The notes under the pieces were generated by a model. It made no database searches, was not told where the DNA came from, and saw nothing but the letters and a program-made list of their open reading frames with translations. This document shows, one piece after another, positions 45,742 through 56,971 of a stretch of 64,000 nucleotides of DNA. The stretch is taken from the NCBI GenBank assembly GCA_049318525.1, contig JBMOGE010000001.1, positions 2,761 through 66,760 on the forward strand, read 5' to 3'. How positions within the stretch are numbered: the first letter of the stretch is position 1; each line of letters opens with the position of its first letter. Made by a program: the position numbers and the translations under genes. Source of the stretch: Miltoncostaeaceae bacterium. GTDB lineage: Bacteria; Actinomycetota; Thermoleophilia; Miltoncostaeales; Miltoncostaeaceae.

Positions 45742-46533
45742 TCATCGGCGTTCCACAACGATCTCGGCGCCACCCAGGCTCACCTGGTCACCATCGCGAA
45801 GGGCATGACGCATCACGCGCTTGCCGTTGACCTCCACGCCGTTGGTGGAGCCAAGGTCCACCAACGTGTACTCGAGGCCCTCGTGGCGGATCTCGGCGTG
45901 CACGCGGCTCACGTTCGGGTCGGGCACCACGATGTCGCAGTCGCGGCTTCGCCCCAGCGTGGTGACCTTGCGCGCCACGCGGTTGGGCTGGCCGCCCACG
46001 TAGACGGTGACCTCCTCGCGCACCAGGCCTGCCGCACGGGCCTGCTCGGCACTCAGCACCTGTGTGCCGCTCACGGCGTCAAGGGCCTCGTTGGACAGCG
46101 GCTCAGCGGGAAGCGGCAGCGGCTCCACGGGCTCTTCGCCCGGCACCTCGATGCCGGGGCGCCCTGGGTCCACCATGCGGCACGCGATGCCGAACTCGCC
46201 GGGGCGCAGGTCGTCGTCGGTCTCCAGGCGGATGCGCGGCATGGACAGGAGCGACAGCCCCTCGCTGCGGGCGTGGGCCTCGAGGTACGAACCCAACTCG
46301 ATGACGAGCGACGATTCGTACGATGCAAACTGCCGGCGATCGGTTGGCGAGAGGTACACCGTGTACTGGTTTGGCACGTACACGCGCGACACCGAGACGG
46401 TCTTGTGGTCCTCCATCTCGCGTGCCAGACGTCGCGCCAGCTCCACGGGCTGGAGCGTGCTGCGAAACATCCGGCCGAAGGTCTTCTCGACCAGGCCCTC
46501 AATCTTCTGCTCGATGCTCCGGAGTGCGCTCAT
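45742..46533 (-). CDS. fhaA: FhaA-like protein (N-terminal DUF3662-type domain plus C-terminal FHA)
   Basis: MSALRSIEQKIEGLVEKTFGRMFRS...VYVPNQYTVYLSP, followed by the FHA pattern TLGRSRDCDIVV...VSRVHAEI...DLGSTNGVEVNG. Confidence 0.85.
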   Translation of the reverse strand: MSALRSIEQKIEGLVEKTFGRMFRSTLQPVELARRLAREMEDHKTVSVSRVYVPNQYTVYLSPTDRRQFASYESSLVIELGSYLEAHARSEGLSLLSMPRIRLETDDDLRPGEFGIACRMVDPGRPGIEVPGEEPVEPLPLPAEPLSNEALDAVSGTQVLSAEQARAAGLVREEVTVYVGGQPNRVARKVTTLGRSRDCDIVVPDPNVSRVHAEIRHEGLEYTLVDLGSTNGVEVNGKRVMRHALRDGDQVSLGGAEIVVERR

Positions 46534-48218
46534 CCCACCATTCCGTCAACGGAGGGCGACTGCCCGGCATCACCACGCGTGAATACGCGCCATGGCCGAG
46601 CCGCCCAGGCAATGGCGAGGATAGCCGAGGGGATCACGGCTCCGACCGCCCACAGGCCTCCGCCCCCCAACAAGCCGGCGGCGATGGTCACTCCTGCCCC
46701 CCACAGCACTGCCGTGGAGATGCGCGCGGTACCCCGTGATCGCAGCACCAAAGGCCATGTCAGCGCCGCCGCAATCATGAGGCCGGCAGCGATCAGCGCC
46801 TGTGGGTGCGCACCGAGGGGACGGAGCAGCAGATCCCCTGCTGCCATGGGCGATCGCACCCCCTTCAGGCGATCCCAAATGCCCCCTTGTTCGCCGCCGG
46901 TGAACATAAACGACGAGGCCCCGGCCACGATCTGCCAGGCAAGCACGGCGAGCATTCCCGCCACAGATGTCCATATGCGGGATGCCACTGATCGGGTGGA
47001 TCCCGCCGCGATGGCGTACAGCGGCAACAGGCCCCACGCCGCAAGCACCGGCGCAAGCACCGGAAGCAGGATGAGTCGACCATGTCGTGATCCGGTCATC
47101 ACCAGAAGCAGCGCGATGATGACGGCGATTCCGGTGAATGCTGGCGCAGCGGTGGCCATGCCGGCTCCCGCCAGCAGCACCAGGCCGAGTGCCGCCACGG
47201 GCGCTCGCCATGCGCCGATGATGCCGGCGATCAGGGCGATGCCCGCGGTGCCGAAGGTGCTGGTGCTGAACCCGCGCTCGGCGATCATGCCGCCCAGAAT
47301 GGCGGCGGCGGCTCCGGTGAGCGCGGGCGGGAGCGGCCCCGAGAGCAGTGCGATGGCGCGCTTGCCACGGCCCTCGGGCAGCTCATCGGCTTCCTCGCGC
47401 ACCACGCGCGCCAGGCGTGCGGCATCGGGGCGCGCATTCGGGTCGGGCGAGAGCCCGGCATCGATGGCCCGCGACAGGCGCTCCGGCAGGTCGGGGCGGA
47501 GCGTGCGGATGGGCGCCACCTCGCCGAGCGCCGCCCGGCGCGCGGTATCTGCCGGGCTGGCGCCCAGCAGGGGATTTCTGCCTGTGAGCCCCTCGTACAG
47601 CACCAGCGTGGCGGCCCATACGTCGGCAGCACCGGTCACGACCTCGCCCGTTGCCTGCTCGGGCGCCATGTACGCCATGGTGCCCACCACGCCGCCAGTC
47701 TGGGTCATTCCGCTCTCACCGGAGAGCCGGGCCACTCCCAGATCGGTCACCCGGGCGTGGCCGTCGTCGTCAACCAGGATGTTGGCGGGCTTGATGTCGC
47801 GGTGGATCACACCGCGCTCATGCGCATGCGCAAGGGCATCGAGCACGTCTGCGGCCATCTCGGCAGCAGCGCGGTCGCCCGGAGGCGTGTCGGCGTACAC
47901 CCGCTCCAGCGATGGTCCGTCGATCAGTTCGGAGATGAGATAGAGCGATTCGCTGTCCTCGCCCCAGTCGAGCATGCGCACCACGCCATGGTGCTCAAGC
48001 CGCGATGCCGCCCGGATCTCGGCCCCCACGCGCCTCTCCAGGCCAAGATCGATGGGGATCTCCTTCACCGCGACATCCCGCCCTGTGGCGCGATCGAGGG
48101 CCCGATAGACGCGCGAGGTGGCGCCCCGGCCGATGACCTCCTGGAGGTCGTAACGGCCGAGTACGCGGCCCTGTCCATGGGCACGTGTGGGTGAGGTGGT
48201 TGATCCGGGCATGCGCAT
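46530..48218 (-). CDS. Ser/Thr protein kinase fused to a polytopic (about 8 TM) membrane domain
   Basis: Motifs IGRGATSRVY, VAVKEI, HRDIKPANILV, DLGVA and APEQ. The C-terminal region of about 290 aa is almost entirely hydrophobic helices. The start is ATG 48218 or 48212. Confidence 0.85.
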   Translation of the reverse strand: MRMPGSTTSPTRAHGQGRVLGRYDLQEVIGRGATSRVYRALDRATGRDVAVKEIPIDLGLERRVGAEIRAASRLEHHGVVRMLDWGEDSESLYLISELIDGPSLERVYADTPPGDRAAAEMAADVLDALAHAHERGVIHRDIKPANILVDDDGHARVTDLGVARLSGESGMTQTGGVVGTMAYMAPEQATGEVVTGAADVWAATLVLYEGLTGRNPLLGASPADTARRAALGEVAPIRTLRPDLPERLSRAIDAGLSPDPNARPDAARLARVVREEADELPEGRGKRAIALLSGPLPPALTGAAAAILGGMIAERGFSTSTFGTAGIALIAGIIGAWRAPVAALGLVLLAGAGMATAAPAFTGIAVIIALLLVMTGSRHGRLILLPVLAPVLAAWGLLPLYAIAAGSTRSVASRIWTSVAGMLAVLAWQIVAGASSFMFTGGEQGGIWDRLKGVRSPMAAGDLLLRPLGAHPQALIAAGLMIAAALTWPLVLRSRGTARISTAVLWGAGVTIAAGLLGGGGLWAVGAVIPSAILAIAWAARPWRVFTRGDAGQSPSVDGMVG

Positions 48219-48355
48219 CTGGCGAAGTGGCCTTCCACCGCTGGCAGAGGAATCCTTGTCGCGGCGCCGAACGAAACGCCGATCGTAGACATCACCCGTG
48301 CAGGTTCCGGCCACGGCGGTTGCGCTAGCATCCTGCCGCCTCAGGGCCGGTCACC

Positions 48356-48439
<84 letters not shown>

Positions 48440-48516
48440 TCTCAATCAGCGCGTCCTCTCGGGGCGCGCATCTGCTCCGGACTGCATCACGCGTTACGTA
48501 GCGGGGGGTCGCTGAA

Positions 48517-49824
48517 GTGGACATGGACGACACGGGTACAGATCACGGTCATGACGACCAGCCCACGGGTATCTCGGGGCCGCTTCCCGACGATGCCGCA
48601 CGTGAGCCATCGTCGGACTCCGGGTCCTCGCGCAGTGGCAGCGACTCCGGCGGCAGCCGTCGGGGGCGTGGTGGGTCGGGTGGCGGCCGTCGACGCGGCG
48701 GCTCCGGCGGCAGTGGCGGCAGCAGCGGTGGCGGTGGTGGCTCGCGCCGCTCCATGCCGGGCGGCGGCTCCGCAGCGCTCAAGAAGCCGGCGGTGCGCAT
48801 CGGAATCGCGATTGCCGGCGTCATCATCCTCATCATCATCTCCACGCTCGTCATCCAGGGGTGTCGCCGCAGTCAGCTGGAGGACTCCTACAAGTCGTAC
48901 ATGGGTGATGTCACAACGATCGTGACTGCCTCGGCCAAGGAGGGTGACTCCCTCCAGCAGGTCCTCGCAAACCAGAACGGTGCGAAGGCGGCCGAGTTGC
49001 AGGTGCAGGTACGCGACCTCTCCAACAAGGCCCAGTCCCTGGTGGGTCAGGCCGAGAGCCTCGAGTCGCCCGATTCGCTGTCGGCTCCCAACCAGAGCCT
49101 GGTCACCGCATTGCAGTACCGCGTGACCGGCCTGAAGGCGCTGGCCGACTCACTGCCATCGGTTATCGATTCAAAGAACCGCGCGTACTCGTCGGCCACC
49201 CTGGCCAGCGCCATGCAGCGGTTTCTCGCGAGTGACGTCATCTATCAGGACTCGTTCGTGGGCCCTGCCAAGCGCGCGCTTGCCGATGCCGACGTAACGG
49301 GTGTGCAGGTTCCCGATCGCCAGTTCTTCCTGGGCGGCATCCGTGCCGACCAGTCCTCGCCCACCGGCGCCGCCCAGCTCATCCCGGGCCTCCAGCGCAC
49401 GGGCGGCAGCGCGCTGTCGGGCACCGACACCACCTCCACGTCGGGCGTGCTTCGCGGCACGGGCATCACATCGGTGCAGGCGCTTCCCGAGGGCCTCGCC
49501 CTGTCGGCGGACTCCGAGACCCAGATCCAGGCATCCGACAAGTTGCAGTGGCAGATCACGGTGGAGAACGCCGGTGACGCCACCGAGACCAATGTCGTGG
49601 TGCGTGTGACGTTCTCAAGCACGGCATCCGCCAAGGACGCCCAGATCTCGGAGAAGTCCATTCCCTCGATCGAATCGGGTCAACAGCAGTCGGTGACCCT
49701 GCCGGGTCCGAAGAGCCCCACGTTCGGGGATGCCTCGGTGCTCAAGGTCGAGGTGGTGCCGGTGCCCAATGAGACACGCACCGACAACAACCGGGCCGAA
49801 TACCCCGTCAAGATCGTCTTCTAG
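48517..49824 (+). CDS. Uncharacterised single-pass membrane protein: Arg/Gly/Ser-rich N-terminal tail and a CARDB-like C-terminal beta domain
   Basis: 435 aa with a GTG start. The N-terminal tail reads SGSSRSGSDSGGSRRGRGGSGGGRRRGGSGGSGGSSGGGGGSRRS. The TM is IGIAIAGVIILIIISTLVI. A coiled/helical ectodomain follows, and the C-terminus reads WQITVENAGDATETNVVVRVTF...NNRAEYPVKIVF. Confidence 0.7.
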   Translation: MDMDDTGTDHGHDDQPTGISGPLPDDAAREPSSDSGSSRSGSDSGGSRRGRGGSGGGRRRGGSGGSGGSSGGGGGSRRSMPGGGSAALKKPAVRIGIAIAGVIILIIISTLVIQGCRRSQLEDSYKSYMGDVTTIVTASAKEGDSLQQVLANQNGAKAAELQVQVRDLSNKAQSLVGQAESLESPDSLSAPNQSLVTALQYRVTGLKALADSLPSVIDSKNRAYSSATLASAMQRFLASDVIYQDSFVGPAKRALADADVTGVQVPDRQFFLGGIRADQSSPTGAAQLIPGLQRTGGSALSGTDTTSTSGVLRGTGITSVQALPEGLALSADSETQIQASDKLQWQITVENAGDATETNVVVRVTFSSTASAKDAQISEKSIPSIESGQQQSVTLPGPKSPTFGDASVLKVEVVPVPNETRTDNNRAEYPVKIVF

Positions 49825-49843
49825 TTCCTCCGGTCATGACCGC

Positions 49844-50701
49844 ATGAGCGGAGGCATCGCCTACCTCGGTCCGCCGGGCACGTTCTGCGAGGAGGCCCTC
49901 ATCGCCCTAGTGGGCGCTGAGGCCGCCGCGCGGGAGGTGCCGAAGCCGAGCATCGCGGCGTGTTTCGAGGCGGTATCGACGGGCGAGGTGGCACAGGCGC
50001 TGGTGCCCATCGAGAACGCCATTGAGGGCGGCGTCACGCAGACGCTCGACCAGTTGGTGACCTACGCGGGTGACATCGTGATCCGCGGCGAGGTCATCCA
50101 CCCGATCCGCCATCACCTCATCGCCCGCCCGGGGCTGGCGCTCGCCGAGATCACCCGCGTGCAGAGCCATCCCCATGCCACCGCCCAGTGCGGCCGTTGG
50201 CTGACCGAGATGCTGCCCGGAGCCGAGGTGGCAGCGGCACTCTCCACCGCCGATGCTGTGCGCGCGGTGGTGGAGTCGCAGCAGCCCGAGGCGGCGATCG
50301 GCAACCTCCGTGCCGCCGAGATCTATGGCGGCGTGGTCCTGGCCGAGGATGTGGCTGACTCCATGGAGAACCACACACGATTCGTATTGGTGGGCCGCGA
50401 CGAGGTGGATGCCACGGGTGCCGGGGCCTTCACGACATCCATCATCTGTGCCATCCCAAGAGACCGGCCCGGTGCGCTGCTGTCGATCCTGCAGGAGTTC
50501 TCGCTTCGGGCGGTCAACCTGAGTCGACTCGAGAGTCGCCCCGCTCGTACGGGTCTGGGCCGTTACGTGTTCTTCATTGACGCCGAAGGGAGCCGTGCAC
50601 GCGACCTGCCGCTGTCCACAGCGCTCGACGCAATTGAGCGGGGCGGGATTGCCCACGTGGTGGCACTGGGGTCGTACCCGACGGCCGAGGCCCGCCCTTA
50701 G
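49844..50701 (+). CDS. pheA: Prephenate dehydratase with a C-terminal ACT domain
   Basis: Start at MSGGIAYLGPPGTFCEEA. Also contains NHTRFVLVG and the ACT region (ILQEFSLRAVNLSRLESRP). Confidence 0.85.
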   Translation: MSGGIAYLGPPGTFCEEALIALVGAEAAAREVPKPSIAACFEAVSTGEVAQALVPIENAIEGGVTQTLDQLVTYAGDIVIRGEVIHPIRHHLIARPGLALAEITRVQSHPHATAQCGRWLTEMLPGAEVAAALSTADAVRAVVESQQPEAAIGNLRAAEIYGGVVLAEDVADSMENHTRFVLVGRDEVDATGAGAFTTSIICAIPRDRPGALLSILQEFSLRAVNLSRLESRPARTGLGRYVFFIDAEGSRARDLPLSTALDAIERGGIAHVVALGSYPTAEARP

Positions 50702-51915
50702 CGGCCCGCGTCGCGGGTGATGGCGCGCAACTGCGTCGCCCGCCGGGCTGTGAGCGCGCCCGGCGTAAGGGCCCATCGCCACTGCCCGCGACGTCGACCC
50801 GGCATGTTCATGCGAGCGGTCGAGCCGAGCCCGAGCACATCCTGCGCCTGCACGATCACGGTGGCTGCGGGCGACTGCCCGAGCAGTTCAATGAGCCGCC
50901 AGGGCATCTTCGCCCGCGACGATCCCGGGAGAGCGGCGGCCACCCGTGCTCGTTCGCCGGCCCCGAGCGACTCCCACCACCCGGCAGCGGTGTCATTGTC
51001 ATGCGTGCCGATGTACCCCACCGCATTGCGTGGCCACGCCCCGGGGGCGTGGAGTGATTGGGGGTCTGCCAGATCGAACCCGAACTGCAGCACGCGCATC
51101 CCCGGGAGTCCCAGGTTCTGCCGCAGGTGCTCGACCGCCGGCGTGATCACCCCGAGGTCCTCGGCGATGAGCGGGGGCATCGCCCCAAGGCGGGAGGCCG
51201 CTTCGAATGGCGCGGCGCCCGGTCCTCTGCGCCAGCGTCCTCCCCGCGCGTCCTCGGCTCCCGCCGCAACCGTCCACGCGGCCACCATGCCGCGGAAGTG
51301 ATCGAGCCGGACCAGGTCGAACATGGCCGCCGCCTGCGCGAGGCGGGCTACCCACCATGCGTACCCGGAACGCCTGTGGGCGGGCCAGTCGTACACCGCC
51401 GTGCGCCACAGCTGGCCCGTGCGGGAGAACGCATCGGGCGGAACGCCACCCTCAAGCCCTGGGACGAACAGCCGAGGATGCACACGCGTGTCGGCCCCGT
51501 GCGTGGCGACGGCGAAGGGCATGTCACCGACGAGGCCCACCCCGTGATCGGCGGCGTGCCGGCGGAGTGCGGTCCACTCGCGTTCGAACCGCACCTGATC
51601 GGCGATCGCACCCTGCCCGGCCCACGCTGCCCACCCCGAGGCCCACACGACGTGGCGCTCAAGGAATGCCGCCTCATCGTCCCGACTGACCGGGGCATCA
51701 GGGAGTTCGAGGTAGCCGCGCCACCCGGCGAATGCAGATGGTGACTCGTAGGGTGACCCACCTGGCCCGGGGGGTCCGAGGGGGAGCACCTGCCACCACG
51801 ACTGCCCCGCTCGCTCAAGCCACTGGATGAACGACCGCGCCTCGGGACCAAGGCGCCCGCCCGGAAGCGATGACACGTGGAGTTGCACCCCTGAAGTACT
51901 TCGCGCGGTTGGCAT
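50698..51915 (-). CDS. malQ: 4-alpha-glucanotransferase (amylomaltase, GH77), compact form
   Basis: Start at MPTARSTSGVQLHV. Catalytic regions are VRLDHFRG, IAEDLGVITP and GTHDNDT. It is about 405 aa, shorter than the roughly 500-aa Thermus-type enzyme I recall. Confidence 0.8.
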   Translation of the reverse strand: MPTARSTSGVQLHVSSLPGGRLGPEARSFIQWLERAGQSWWQVLPLGPPGPGGSPYESPSAFAGWRGYLELPDAPVSRDDEAAFLERHVVWASGWAAWAGQGAIADQVRFEREWTALRRHAADHGVGLVGDMPFAVATHGADTRVHPRLFVPGLEGGVPPDAFSRTGQLWRTAVYDWPAHRRSGYAWWVARLAQAAAMFDLVRLDHFRGMVAAWTVAAGAEDARGGRWRRGPGAAPFEAASRLGAMPPLIAEDLGVITPAVEHLRQNLGLPGMRVLQFGFDLADPQSLHAPGAWPRNAVGYIGTHDNDTAAGWWESLGAGERARVAAALPGSSRAKMPWRLIELLGQSPAATVIVQAQDVLGLGSTARMNMPGRRRGQWRWALTPGALTARRATQLRAITRDAGR

Positions 51916-51943
51916 GGAATGGGTCCTAGCATCGTCATCTCCA

Positions 51944-53868
51944 ATGGCACAGACCGCGAAGCTTCCTGATGCACCACCTGCCCGCATTCGTATCGGTGCT
52001 GTCACGCCAACGGTCGACTGCGGGGCATATCCGGCCCGGCGCTGTCAGGGCGATGTCGTGGAGGTGGGCGCCGCAATCATCTGCGACGGCCACGAGCAGA
52101 TGCGCGCCGCGGTTCAGTACCGGTCGCCAGGGCGGCGCAAGTGGGAGGAGGCACCAATGCGGCCCGTTGACGCCCACCTTGGTGGTGTTCGCTGGCAAGG
52201 TGAGTTCGCGGTGGACGCACTCGGCCCGTGGGAGTACCGGGTGGTCGCATGGGTTGATCCAGTGGCCTCGTGGCTCGATGAACTCAAGCGCAAGCTCGAG
52301 GCGGATCAGGATGACCTGACCGGCGAGCTGTCGGAGGGCCTCAGACTCATCCGTGACGCCGCGAAACGTGCTCGCGGCGAGGATCGCCGTGCCCTCACCG
52401 CGGCGGCGGCGGCGGTGGAGACTGGCGCTGATCCCTCGTCGCTTCTTGGGCCAGCCGTCGCCGCATCTCTCGACGGCCACGTGGCGCGGACCGACGAGGC
52501 GCTGAGTACGGAGCACGTGGTGGCCGTCGACCCGGTACGTGCACGGTTCGGGTCGTGGTACGAACTCTTCCCACGCTCCTGGGGTGGCTTCGCGGGCGTA
52601 CGTGAGCACCTGCCGCAGTTCGCCGAGCTGGGAATCGACGTGCTGTACCTGTCGCCGATCCACCCCATCGGGGTGACCCACCGCAAGGGGCGCGGCAACG
52701 CCCTGGTGGCGGCGCCCGACGACCCCGGCAGCCCGTGGGCCATCGGTGGGGATGCCGGCGGGCATACGGCGATTCATCCCGATCTGGGTACCAGCGACGA
52801 TTTCGATGCCCTGGTGGCCGATGCAGGGGCGCTCGGCATCGATATCGCGCTTGATCTGGCGCTGCAGTGCTCGCCCGACCATCCATGGCTGCGCGAGCAC
52901 CCTGAATGGTTTCACCGCCGCCCCGACGGCACGCTCAAGTACGCGGAGAACCCGCCCAAGCGCTATCAGGACATCTACAACCTCAACTTCGACAGCCCCG
53001 ATTGGAAGCGCCTGTGGCGGGCGATCCTGAAGGTGGTGCGGTATTGGGTGGACCGTGGGGTGCGGGTGTTCCGGGTGGACAATCCGCACACCAAGCCCAT
53101 CGCATTCTGGGAATGGCTCATCGCGGTGGTGCGCGCAAGTGACCCCGAAGTGGTGTTTCTGGCCGAGGCATTCACCCGCCGGGCGGTGATGCAGGAACTC
53201 GCGAAGGCCGGGTTCCAGCAGTCGTACACCTACTTCACCTGGAAGACCACGCGCTGGGAGATCACGGAGTACGTCTCCGAGCTGGCGTCTGTGCCCGAGC
53301 GCGAATTCTTCCGGCCCAACTTCTTCGTCAACACGTCCGACATCCTCACCGCCGAGTTACAGCAGGGAGGGCCGCCAGCGTTCGCGCTGCGCGCGGTGCT
53401 CGCGGCCACCCTCTCGCCGAGCTGGGGCCTCTACTCGGGATTCGAGTCGTTCGAGGGCGAACCCGCCGAACCGGGATCGGAGGAGTACCTCGACAGCGAG
53501 AAGTACGCGCTGCGCACCAGGTCACTTGACGGACCGCTCCTTCCCCTCATCGGCCTGCTCAACGGGATCCGGCGTGTCAACCCTGCCCTCCAGCAACTGG
53601 GCAACGTGCGGTTCCTCGATACCCGGAACGATGCGCTCATCGCGTACGCCCGCGAGTGGGGCCGCAACCTCATCGTCGTCGTGGTGAACCTCGACCCGCG
53701 GGCCGTGCACGAGGGCCTGGTCCGGATCCCCGACGACCTGCTGCCAGGCACCGGTCTCGCCGTCACCGATCTGCTCGACGGCACCGAGTATCTCTGGCAG
53801 GTCGGCGACAACTACGTGCGACTCGATCCGGGCGAGGCCCCGGCCCACGTGTTCGCCGTGAACGGCCC

Positions 53869-53872
<4 letters not shown>
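51944..53872 (+). CDS. glgE: Alpha-1,4-glucan:maltose-1-phosphate maltosyltransferase
   Basis: Start at [15 protein letters not shown]. GlgE-like N-terminal domains are followed by a GH13 core ([16 protein letters not shown]). Confidence 0.85.
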
Positions 53873-55597
<1,725 letters not shown>

Positions 55598-55611
<14 letters not shown>

Positions 55612-56971
55612 GGCCCTCGCGTCGATCTCGGGAGATGTGCTTCGCGAATGGCTGCTATCGCGGCGCTGGTTTCGCCCAGACGAGCGCGGTCTCGTGCGTG
55701 TGGAACTCACCGCATCGACCGTCATCTCCGGAGGAGACCGCCCGGTGGTGATTGCGATCGTCGCGGCGGTGCTCACGTCGGGAGCGCGCGAGCACTATCA
55801 ACTGCCGCTCGTGTTTCTGCCGCTCAGCGAGGCGCCCAATGCCATTGCCACCGTCGGAGATCTGGCCGTGGATGATGCCCTGCACCACCCCGATGCGTGT
55901 GCCGTGATCGCCGCGCTGTTTGATGAGGGCGCCGAAACGGTGGACGGCAGCGAGGCCATCACTTTCCACGGGGTGCCGTCCACCGCGATCCCACCTGGCC
56001 CGGCCCGGCCACTCGACGTGCAGCAGAGCCACTCGTCGTTCGTGGTGGGCGATGCCGCCGTGGTGAAGACCTACCGCCACCTCGAGCCCGGTGACGGCCC
56101 GGAGTTGGAAATGACGCGTTTTCTGTGCGCGCACGGATTTCCGTCGGTGCCACCCCTGCTCGGCTGGTGCGAGGTCGCCGGTGGAGACCTCAAGGCCACG
56201 CTCGGTATCGCACAGGCCTACGTGGATGACGGCGTAGATGGCTGGCAGTTCGTGCGTGACGCCCTTGCCAACGACCCGGCGGTGCTGCCTGCGGCCATGG
56301 CCGAGTTGGGGGGTGTCGTTGGCCGCATGCATGCGGTACTGGGCAGTGATCACGACAACCCCGACTTCTCCCCCGAAGTGAAGGACCCGGTGCACCTCGA
56401 CCTGACGCTCGCGACCATCGACGAGGAGATCCGCGAGGCCTATGCCGCGTTTGGCGACGATCCGGACCTCGATCCGCTGCGCGGCCGCGAGGCGGAACTG
56501 CGTGAGCACGTACGCGCGCTGGCCGCCGTGGATGATCTGGGCCGCGCCATCCGCGTGCACGGTGACCTCCATCTCGGGCAGGCACTGATCGACGAGTCCG
56601 GTGCATGGTGGATCATCGACTTCGAGGGCGAGCCCGCCCGGGCCATGCGCGACCGCCGCCGCCGCAGGTCGCCGCTGCGTGACGTCGCTGGCCTTTCGCG
56701 TTCGCTGTCGTACGCCTGTGCAGTGGCCGGGTGCGACGGCATCGCGGTGGCCGATGGGGCGGAGGGTGCCATGCGGGTAGCCATGCTGCGGGGGTATCTC
56801 GACGGCGTGGACCCGGTGCTGCTGCCCGTGAGCCAGGCATCCACCGATACGCTCCTTCATCTGTTCGAGGTGGAGAAGGCCGTGTACGAGCTCCGATACG
56901 AGATGGCCTACCGCCCCGACTGGGTGCGCATCCCCGTCGCCGCGCTCGTCCGGGTTCTCGACGGTCCATGA
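55598..56971 (+). CDS. pep2: Maltokinase (Pep2/Mak)
   Basis: GTG start 14 nt before the treS stop. Kinase-like motifs are [11 protein letters not shown] and [27 protein letters not shown]. Confidence 0.8.
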
